From: Deltaproteobacteria bacterium
GTDB taxonomy: Bacteria; Desulfobacterota; JAENJC01
Assembly: GCA_030646755.1 (NCBI GenBank)
Contig: JAUSKU010000092.1
Span: forward strand, 14,270 to 78,269
Direction: 5' to 3'
Length of the DNA stretch: 64,000 nucleotides
Positions 45,655 through 53,258 of the stretch are shown here, piece after piece (the first letter of the stretch is position 1; every line of letters begins with the position of its first letter). The position numbers were made by a program, and so were the translations under genes. The notes below the pieces were generated by a model. That model saw only the letters and a program-made list of their open reading frames with translations, ran no database searches and had not been told where the DNA came from.

Positions 45655-45852
45655 TCACTCCAGCCCCTCAAACCTCGCATCAGTAATCGCCCTTTTTTTG
45701 AAACCTATAGTCTTGTTGATGAAAAGGTTTGCCTCTTCAAGCCACTGGAGCCGCTGTCTGACCGACATATCCTTGAACTCCTCCAGCTTCTCCTTGGTGA
45801 AGGTATACACGATGTCTATATGTTCCTTGCTATCATCGCCCACTTTTTTCAA
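45655..45852 (-). CDS. small protein of 65 aa, downstream partner of the nucleotidyltransferase
   Basis: It overlaps the 3' end of the upstream nucleotidyltransferase gene by 20 bp. No family was recognised. Confidence 0.35.
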   Translation of the reverse strand: MKKVGDDSKEHIDIVYTFTKEKLEEFKDMSVRQRLQWLEEANLFINKTIGFKKRAITDARFEGLE

Positions 45853-46324
45853 TCTCCTTCAGCGCCGCAATGTCGGCAAGATCCTGGGGTCTGCCGGAAA
45901 TCTCCTTAAGTCTAATGAGATTTTTTACAGAGACAACAGGTATGGGAACGTTGCCGGACATTATTTCGACTGCATCAGACATTATCAGGCCGTAGTCCAC
46001 TGGTTCTTCAACAAACACGTCAACCAGATTGATCGGCATCTGAGGATGGAAAAAACTGAAGACCTTCATATTCTTTTCGCTGATCCAGGTTGCCCTATTC
46101 TTAGCACTGATAAAGTCTTCTGCTTTTATAGGCACCTTTGGCCTGTATCCAAGCTCGTTCATGACATTAACGAACTTGCTGAGATTCTCCTCTTCCAGAT
46201 GGACCATAAGGTCAAGGTCTGCCGTCAGCCGGACGACTCCATGAAGGACGAGGGCGACTCCCCCCACAACAACGTAATCAACATTACTGCTATTCAGTTT
46301 TTCAAATAATTCCTCGTAAAACAT
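45833..46324 (-). CDS. minimal nucleotidyltransferase (Pol-beta superfamily, MNT/AbiEii-like)
   Basis: The ORF is 163 aa. NVDYVVVGGVALVLHGVVRLTADLDLMV fits the hG[GS]x9-13DhD nucleotidyltransferase motif. Confidence 0.55.
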   Translation of the reverse strand: MFYEELFEKLNSSNVDYVVVGGVALVLHGVVRLTADLDLMVHLEEENLSKFVNVMNELGYRPKVPIKAEDFISAKNRATWISEKNMKVFSFFHPQMPINLVDVFVEEPVDYGLIMSDAVEIMSGNVPIPVVSVKNLIRLKEISGRPQDLADIAALKEIEKSGR

Positions 46325-46386
46325 CCTTACCCCTCTCTACTTCTTTACTCCCACTCAAACACCTCCAAATCCCCTCATCCCTTCCC

Positions 46387-46710
46387 TTATCTCAACACCC
46401 TTTTCTGCAAAAGTTCTTGCAGGTCGCGCCTTCCGTCAAGAACACAATGGACAAAGACCTCTGATTTGCGAATCTCGTAGATTATTCTGAATGGCTTGTA
46501 ATGGATCTCCTTGAAATCAAAAACGCCTATCCGTTCCAACTCCGGCGGAATATGGCCGCGCAAAGGAAAGGTTTCGAGCCTTTGAACAGCTTCTTCAATA
46601 TGGTCAAGCAGCGTGTCGGCCTGTTCCACTGAATCGTTCATTGCAATATATTGATAGATATCGAGGAGGTCTTTTTCTGCATCTTCAATCAGATGGACAG
46701 TGAATCTCAT
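46387..46710 (-). CDS. parE: type II toxin, RelE/ParE family
   Basis: The ORF is 107 aa. Its size and pattern (…FDFKEIHYKPFRIIYEIRKSEVFVHCVLDGRRD) fit ParE, and it overlaps the antitoxin gene by 4 bp. Confidence 0.7.
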   Translation of the reverse strand: MRFTVHLIEDAEKDLLDIYQYIAMNDSVEQADTLLDHIEEAVQRLETFPLRGHIPPELERIGVFDFKEIHYKPFRIIYEIRKSEVFVHCVLDGRRDLQELLQKRVLR

Positions 46711-46991
46711 TTCTCACGAAGTCCCGCGGCTCTTTTCCTCACATCCCTGAAAGCCTCTTTGAAAGGCTTGATTTTCCCATCTTCAAGATTTTTCCTGCTC
46801 ATTGCCAGGATTTTCAACAATGCAAGGGACTCCTGCATCTTTTCATATTCGTTTATGTCCTGCAAGATCACTTTCGCCTCACCGTTTTGCGTGATTACCA
46901 TAGTCTTGTGGCCTTCGACAATATCTCTAATGACCTCCGACGCATGCGCCTTAAAATAACTTATTGGTTTAATATCTTCGCTAAGTTTCAT
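46707..46991 (-). CDS. type II antitoxin, Phd/YefM family
   Basis: The ORF is 94 aa. The N-terminus ISYFKAHASEVIRDIVEGHKTMVITQNGEAKVILQDINEYE is typical of YefM. Confidence 0.75.
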   Translation of the reverse strand: MKLSEDIKPISYFKAHASEVIRDIVEGHKTMVITQNGEAKVILQDINEYEKMQESLALLKILAMSRKNLEDGKIKPFKEAFRDVRKRAAGLREK

Positions 46992-47243
46992 CTTCCCCTC
47001 CCGCAGATTGACTAAAATATAGTCTATATTTTAGTCGTTCGCAATGCAACTTCTTTTCGCCCGTCCTTATGATATGAATAAAAAGGAATAAAAAGGGTAG
47101 ATTTATTTCCCTTTCCCCGCTTCCAGCCGCGCCTCGCTTACTCTTTGATAACCTTTAAATCTGTGTCAGTGGCTTCGTTTATCTTTGGCATAACCGCCCT
47201 TAGATTCCCGCTTGAACACTTCGGGAATGACAAAATAAGAGGC

Positions 47244-47469
47244 TTATCTGTATACTTCTCTGCGATGGGCAACACGGTAAACCTTGACAATCCTTTGTGC
47301 ATCATCAAGCTCGTAGAGTATCTTGTAATCACCCACTCTGATGCGCCATTTCGAGCCGCCGCCGCTGAGCTTTTTAGAGTTCCGTGGCGTATAGGCCAAG
47401 AATCGCATCCTCAAGCCTCGTTAAAAGCCGGTCAGAAAAACAGTCAAGGTCTTTCTGGGCTTTCGGCAT
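47244..47469 (-). pseudogene. RelE/ParE-family toxin gene with a frameshift
   Basis: Manual translation on the minus strand gives MPKAQKDLDCFSDRLLTRLEDAILGLYATEL* and then, in another frame, PRNSKKLSGGGSKWRIRVGDYKILYELDDAQRIVKVYRVAHRREVYR*. The second stretch is the RelE C-terminal signature. Confidence 0.55.
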
Positions 47470-47488
47470 TATCTGCACATCGTATTGA

Positions 47489-47710
47489 TTCAAGCTGTAT
47501 CCCCGGTTTTACGCCGTTTTGTGAAATAATCTTTGGCAGAGACAGGTTTACCCTTTACCTTCTTTGCCTCATCAATCAATGCAGCATCCATAAGGTCTTC
47601 CCTGATCCGGCGGTTTTTTAATATTTTTTCAAAAAAGCCTCTCGCACGCTACTGTCAAGCACCTTGAATGCCGTAAAGAAAACCTCTGCCGTGGCCTGAT
47701 TTGCCTTCAT
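47489..47710 (-). pseudogene. cognate antitoxin gene interrupted by a stop codon
   Basis: Manual translation gives MKANQATAEVFFTAFKVLDSSVREAFLKKY* and then ...MDAALIDEAKKVKGKPVSAKDYFTKRRKTGDTA*. It lies immediately upstream of the decayed RelE gene. Confidence 0.4.
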
Positions 47711-47800
47711 AAATTAACCTTCTTACTCTATTTCCCTCTGATACACCGGGCATTTCCTGCGCAACTGATGTTGATGGTGCGTGGGACGCACCCTACAAAA

Positions 47801-48202
47801 CTATGCCTTAAGTTTATCAAGAACAAACCCTTTAACTTTCACCGCTATCTCATACGCCTGCTTTGACTCTTCTATCGTGGGTTCATACCACTCATCAGGA
47901 TACCGAATCTCAACTGCATAATCTGTCAGGACATCGGCCTCTGATAAGTCCTCTTTAAACGACTTATCCACCTTAGAACAAAGGTTTAGAAGCATCATTA
48001 TGCTGTGCGTCTTTGAAAACTCAATCTGGTGTTTAACTAAAAAAGCCTTTAAATACTTCTCTACCGCCTGCTGGCAATGAAAACTCACAGTTTCTGTAAC
48101 GACGGTTTCAGCCTCCAGGCCCTGTTTAGCAGTCAGCAAATCCCTTTCTGCTATATGAATCCATTGATGAACCAAATCCTGTATGGTCTTCCCTTTATCC
48201 AT
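47801..48202 (-). CDS. HEPN domain protein (toxin of a HEPN/MNT pair)
   Basis: The ORF is 133 aa with the all-alpha HEPN pattern (…FHCQQAVEKYLKAFL…EIRYPD). It overlaps the upstream MNT gene by 8 bp. Confidence 0.65.
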   Translation of the reverse strand: MDKGKTIQDLVHQWIHIAERDLLTAKQGLEAETVVTETVSFHCQQAVEKYLKAFLVKHQIEFSKTHSIMMLLNLCSKVDKSFKEDLSEADVLTDYAVEIRYPDEWYEPTIEESKQAYEIAVKVKGFVLDKLKA

Positions 48203-48506
48203 ATACTATCCTGCCATATTTGTTGGCCGTATAAACTATTGTTCCAACAACATCTTTGAGGGTCTCAAACTCTTTTCTTGTCTTTACGATAACATCAACC
48301 GGGAATGTAAAGTCCCTCAGATAACTTCTTGCCACGCGATTCCTCTTGATTATAGGCAATTCATCATCTTTGATCACCAGTAAATCAACGTCACTATCCT
48401 TTGTCGGCTCCCCGTAGGCGTAAGAACCGAACAAGATGATCTTTTCCGGCTTATAACCGTTGACAATAGCCGTAATTGCCTGATTTATCTGTTCCTGAGT
48501 TATCAT
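48195..48506 (-). CDS. minimal nucleotidyltransferase (MNT antitoxin)
   Basis: The ORF is 103 aa. ILFGSYAYGEPTKDSDVDLLV is the GSx10DxD nucleotidyltransferase motif. Confidence 0.75.
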   Translation of the reverse strand: MITQEQINQAITAIVNGYKPEKIILFGSYAYGEPTKDSDVDLLVIKDDELPIIKRNRVARSYLRDFTFPVDVIVKTRKEFETLKDVVGTIVYTANKYGRIVYG

Positions 48507-48688
48507 CTCCCCTCATCACCACTCAATCCCCTGCCTCCTCAACCAATCCTGCTCCCCTTTATGCCACAATCCCGGCAGTCTCGCAGGGTGCGTGGGACGC
48601 ACCCTGCGAACTCCTTATGTTTTATTATCAGCGCGGCATGACTTGAAGCTTCATAGATTCAAAATAACTATCAAAAGAAAAGGCAGTC

Positions 48689-48967
48689 TCAATCTTTAAT
48701 CGCTCCATTACTGCAAAGCTGGTGCAGTTTTGCATAGAGGTATTTGTCATGCTCTCTTGCAACAGGGGAACCGTCTCCGGCCCCGATCCCAATTATCTTC
48801 ATTATCGGGTCACTTTTCGTGATTGCGGTCTGCCTGGAAAACTTTTCGGTCACAAGCTCTCTGACAATACTGGAAAGACTCTTCTTCGTTTTTCTGGATG
48901 TCTCAAGCAACACTTGATACTGCCAATCTTCAAGCGACACCTGTGTTCTATGTTTTGCACGTTCCAT
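48689..48967 (-). CDS. ribbon-helix-helix (CopG/Arc-like) DNA-binding protein
   Basis: It begins MERAKHRTQVSLEDWQYQVLLETSRKTKKSLSSIVRELV, which has an RHH pattern. An AGGAGG ribosome-binding site lies 8 nt before the ATG at 48967. Confidence 0.5.
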   Translation of the reverse strand: MERAKHRTQVSLEDWQYQVLLETSRKTKKSLSSIVRELVTEKFSRQTAITKSDPIMKIIGIGAGDGSPVAREHDKYLYAKLHQLCSNGAIKD

Positions 48968-49022
48968 AAGGTCACCTCCTGAGTTACACCTTACATCATT
49001 CAAAATCTGATGTCAATTTACC

Positions 49023-49454
49023 TTATTCCCACTCAAACGCCTCATAAATTCCCTCTTCCCTCCTCCTCTGGGCAGTCTTGCTCTTATAGCTCCCTTTCTT
49101 CACCTTAACACCTTTCCGACTAAGTATCTTTTCGATATAGTCAAGATGCGGGCATGGCGGGTAATGGGCGCTGTCTGTGACCATGCAGGATGAGAGGTGT
49201 ATCACTATCTCGTCCTTCTCTATGTTCGCCTTCTTCTTTGCCCTCTTTATAAGGTTTTCAGTGACCCTCCCGATCCTTCTGCCGGGGCATCCGCCGCAGT
49301 TGAAAGGGACGACCATTATCTTATCTTCGTTTGAATAGCCGGTAAATGCATCAATCCTATCATGAAAAGAGTTGACGCAGGCGAACCCGCTGCATCGCTC
49401 CTTTGCGAAGTCGCACTGGATGATGCCTATGAGCTTGATGTTTTTATTTTCCAT
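49023..49454 (-). CDS. CGGC domain protein
   Basis: The ORF is 143 aa. The Cys-rich motifs CGGCPGR, CSGFAC and CPHLD are present. Confidence 0.55.
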   Translation of the reverse strand: MENKNIKLIGIIQCDFAKERCSGFACVNSFHDRIDAFTGYSNEDKIMVVPFNCGGCPGRRIGRVTENLIKRAKKKANIEKDEIVIHLSSCMVTDSAHYPPCPHLDYIEKILSRKGVKVKKGSYKSKTAQRRREEGIYEAFEWE

Positions 49455-49554
49455 TGTTTATTACTCCCTTGCCGGGGACAGTCCCGATTCTACCACCCCG
49501 CACTTCGTGCTCCCCTCCTTATTAAGGAGGGGAATTAAAGGGGTGGTTAAATCC

Positions 49555-52500
49555 TTACTCAACCACCATTGCCTTGTACCCAAACAGTTTCTCCACCCCT
49601 TCTTCAAGGGCAGGAGTTGGCGAAACACCGTCGTGCAGGGCGATTACAGTCTCACCTGTATTTGGAATAGAAATATGCAGGAATGACGGACAGTTACCAT
49701 TATACCCTTCAAGTAATTTCTTAAGTTTTACCAGGTGATCTTTTGTCAAGCCAAGGGCATTTATTTTGAAGTGTACAGCCTTAACTGTCTTCTCCTTTGC
49801 CTGTGTAAGGGACATTATCTCAGAGGCAACGATCTTTGCTCCCTTCTTCGGAGTCTTGTTCCCGTTCCCTTCATCCTCACCGTTTTCATCCTTCCCATCC
49901 TCTCCAAGGTCAAGGTTTCCCTTCACAAGTATCGGCTCGTCCCCAAAGAAGAGGTGGGAGGACTTTTTGAATATCTCCGGCAGTACAATGACCTCCACGA
50001 ACCCGTCCAGGTCTTCCAAGGTAATAAACGCCATCCTATCGCCCTTTTTGGTGTTTATCTCCTTTGATGCCGCAACTATCCCTGCCACCCTGACCTCCGA
50101 CCTGTCAGCCATCTCCGAAAGGGTCACTGTTGAGGCATTGGCAAGTTTCTTTATGTCATCACTGAATCTTGCCAGGGGATGACCGGTTATAAAGAAGCCG
50201 AGGGCCTCCTTCTCGTTGGCAAGGAGGATATTTTCAGGCCATTCAGGGATATCAGGAAGGTTAAAGTCTGTCGTGCTCTTCAATGCCGCACCGCCGAACA
50301 GCCCCATCTGCCCGGCATTTGTGTCCTTCCGCAACGACTGCCCGACCTCCATGGCCCTGTCGAGCCCCTCCATCATCTGGGCCCTGGCGGCTCCAGTGGA
50401 ATCAAAGGCCCCGCATTTAATAAGACCCTCCATGACCTTCCTGTTGACCTTCCTCAGGTCAACCCTCTCGCAGAAATCAAGGAGGGCTGCAAAACCGCCT
50501 CCCTTCTCCCTCTCTTCTATCACAATGTCTACGGCAGCAGCGCCAACTCCCTTCACTGCCGCAAGACCGAACCTGATCTTGCCGTCTATGACGGAGAAGT
50601 CCCTCTGGCTATCATTTACATCCGGAGGAAGTACAGTAATATTATGATCTCGGCATTCGCCAATGTACTTTATTATCTTGTCCGTGTTGCTGACCTCGCA
50701 GGTCAGGAGGGCAGCCGTGAACTCCACAGGATAATGGGCCTTCAGATACGCAGTGTTATAGGCGATCAGGGCATATGCGGCGCTGTGGGACTTGTTGAAC
50801 CCGTATTCGGCAAACTTGGCCATAAGGTCAAAGATCTTCTCTGCCTTTTTGGGATTGACCTTCTTGTGCCTTGCACCTTCCAGGAACCGCTCCTTCTGCT
50901 TGGCCATCTCATCGGCCTTCTTCTTACCCATGGCGCGCCTGAGAATATCGGCTTCACCAAGGGAGTACCCGGCCACAGCCTGGCTTATCTGCATCACCTG
51001 TTCCTGGTAGACCATAACGCCGTAAGTATCCTTGAGGATCGGTTCAAGCTCAGGGATCTCATACTTGATCTCAACCCTCCCATGCTTACGGTCTATAAAC
51101 TCAGGGATCATATTCATCGGCCCGGGCCTGTATAAGGCGATAAGGGCTATGATATCCTCAAAGGTAGAGGGTTTGAGTCTTGCAAGGAGGTCCTTCATTC
51201 CAGAGCTCTCAAGCTGGAAGACCCCTGTTGTATCCCCTGAAGAGAGGAGCCTGTATGTGGCCTCATCGTTTAGGGGAAGCTTGGTCATGTCAATCGTCTC
51301 ACCCCTTACAGCCTTTATAAGCTTTAGTGCATCCTCTATAAGCGTCAGGGTCTGAAGCCCAAGGAAATCGAATTTTATGAGCCCCAGCTTCTCTATGTAT
51401 TTCATGTCGTACTGGGTGGTCACCTCATCATCGGCAAGATAGAGAGGGGTATATTCTACAAGAGGCCTGTTGGCTATGACAACTCCTGCTGCGTGCTTGG
51501 ATGCATGCCTTGTAAGACCTTCAAGGGCCTGGGCGATATCCAAGAGATCCTTTACCTGTGGAGATGACTTGTAGAGTTCATTGAGCCTTGGCTCCTGCTT
51601 CAGGGCGTCTTTTATAGTGATGCCGAGGGTGTTGGGAACGAGCTTTGCGATCCTGTCCACCTCGCCGTAAGGTACGTCCATCCCCCGACCGACATCCCGG
51701 ATTGCCGCCTTTGCCTTCATGGTGCCGAAGGTTATTATCTGGGAGACGTTCTCCCTTCCATACTTATCCCTGACGTATTTGATGACTTCATCCCTCCCGG
51801 CGATGCAGAAGTCCACGTCTATATCGGGCATTGATACCCTTTCAGGGTTCAGGAACCTCTCGAAGAGGAGGTTGTAAGGCAACGGGTCCAGGTCCGTGAT
51901 CCTCATGGCATAAGCCACAAGGCTTCCGGCAGCGGAGCCCCTTCCCGGTCCGACAGGGATACCCCTCTCCTTTGCATGGTTGATGAAGTCCGCTACTATA
52001 AGGAGATACCCCGGAAACCTCATCTTCTTTATCATCTCTATCTCGAATTCAAGCCTGTTCCGGTAAACCTCCCTTTGGTCATCAGAGAGGTTCATGACGG
52101 CAAACCTGCCCTCCAGCCCTTTCCTGGCCTCCTCCTCAAAATACAGGTCCATATCTGTATGCCCTTCCGGGAGGTGATAATGAGGAAGGTGGTACTTCCC
52201 GAACTCCAGCTTCAGGTTGCACCTTTCCGCAATCTCTATGGTATTCTTTATCGCGTCAGGGCAGTATGAAAATGCCTCTATCATCTCTTCGGGGGACTTC
52301 ACGTAGAACTGGTCCGTTGAAAATCTCATCCTTTTGGGATCGTTTATCGTCGCCCCGGTCTGGATGCAGAGAAGCACCTCGTGGGCCTTGGCATCTGCCT
52401 TTTTAAGGTAATGGCAGTCGTTGGTGGCAACCAGAGGAATGTCCAACTCCTTTGAAAGCTCCAGCAGAGCCTTATTGGCTATGGTCTGCTCCTTTATGCC

Positions 52501-53052
52501 GTTCTCCTGTATCTCCAGGAAGAACCTCCTGTCAGGGAATATGGACTTGTACTCCTCTGCGACCTGGTACGCCTTTTCCTTATTCCCCCTGGTCAGGTGA
52601 TAAGGTATCTCTCCCTTCAGGCAGGCCGACAGGGCTATTAGCCCTTCGCTGTGCTGCCTTAGAAGCTCCTTGTCGATCCTGGGTTTCCTGTAAAAGCCTT
52701 CGATATACCCAACGGACACCAGTTTCATCAGGTTCTTATACCCGGTCTCGTTCTTAACAAGAAGGACAATATGATAAGCAGTGGCCTCCTCGGACTCACC
52801 CTTTATCCCAGTCTTCTCGAACCTGCTCCCTGGCGCAACATAGACCTCGCAGCCTATGATCGGCTTTATCCCGTGTTTAACGGCAGATTCATAGAACTCC
52901 ATGGCCCCGAACATGTTCCCGTGGTCTGTAATGGCAATGGCAGGCATCTTGAACTCTCTGGCCTTCTCCATCAGGTCATTGATGCGGTTTGCCCCGTCAA
53001 GGAGTGAGTATTGGGTATGTAAGTGAAGGTGTACGAAATCGGAGTGATGCAT
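49555..53052 (-). CDS. dnaE: DNA polymerase III alpha subunit
   Basis: The ORF is 1165 aa. The N-terminus MHHSDFVHLHLHTQYSLLDGA is a PHP domain, and the polymerase core and OB fold follow. Confidence 0.95.
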   Translation of the reverse strand: MHHSDFVHLHLHTQYSLLDGANRINDLMEKAREFKMPAIAITDHGNMFGAMEFYESAVKHGIKPIIGCEVYVAPGSRFEKTGIKGESEEATAYHIVLLVKNETGYKNLMKLVSVGYIEGFYRKPRIDKELLRQHSEGLIALSACLKGEIPYHLTRGNKEKAYQVAEEYKSIFPDRRFFLEIQENGIKEQTIANKALLELSKELDIPLVATNDCHYLKKADAKAHEVLLCIQTGATINDPKRMRFSTDQFYVKSPEEMIEAFSYCPDAIKNTIEIAERCNLKLEFGKYHLPHYHLPEGHTDMDLYFEEEARKGLEGRFAVMNLSDDQREVYRNRLEFEIEMIKKMRFPGYLLIVADFINHAKERGIPVGPGRGSAAGSLVAYAMRITDLDPLPYNLLFERFLNPERVSMPDIDVDFCIAGRDEVIKYVRDKYGRENVSQIITFGTMKAKAAIRDVGRGMDVPYGEVDRIAKLVPNTLGITIKDALKQEPRLNELYKSSPQVKDLLDIAQALEGLTRHASKHAAGVVIANRPLVEYTPLYLADDEVTTQYDMKYIEKLGLIKFDFLGLQTLTLIEDALKLIKAVRGETIDMTKLPLNDEATYRLLSSGDTTGVFQLESSGMKDLLARLKPSTFEDIIALIALYRPGPMNMIPEFIDRKHGRVEIKYEIPELEPILKDTYGVMVYQEQVMQISQAVAGYSLGEADILRRAMGKKKADEMAKQKERFLEGARHKKVNPKKAEKIFDLMAKFAEYGFNKSHSAAYALIAYNTAYLKAHYPVEFTAALLTCEVSNTDKIIKYIGECRDHNITVLPPDVNDSQRDFSVIDGKIRFGLAAVKGVGAAAVDIVIEEREKGGGFAALLDFCERVDLRKVNRKVMEGLIKCGAFDSTGAARAQMMEGLDRAMEVGQSLRKDTNAGQMGLFGGAALKSTTDFNLPDIPEWPENILLANEKEALGFFITGHPLARFSDDIKKLANASTVTLSEMADRSEVRVAGIVAASKEINTKKGDRMAFITLEDLDGFVEVIVLPEIFKKSSHLFFGDEPILVKGNLDLGEDGKDENGEDEGNGNKTPKKGAKIVASEIMSLTQAKEKTVKAVHFKINALGLTKDHLVKLKKLLEGYNGNCPSFLHISIPNTGETVIALHDGVSPTPALEEGVEKLFGYKAMVVE

Positions 53053-53258
53053 AGGGGAGAGATATTAACACAATAGGATGTAGATTTGAAGGAACTTATT
53101 CAGGAATGATTCAAGCGAGTTACGGGGTCACCTTACTTATTGTACACTGAGTTGAGAATGGTCCGAGATTCTTAGCTTTGCTCAGATTGACAATCCCTCG
53201 TGTGCTGGATTTTTCACCAACCCACACACCCCCTTATTATTCCCCCCTCGATTAACAT

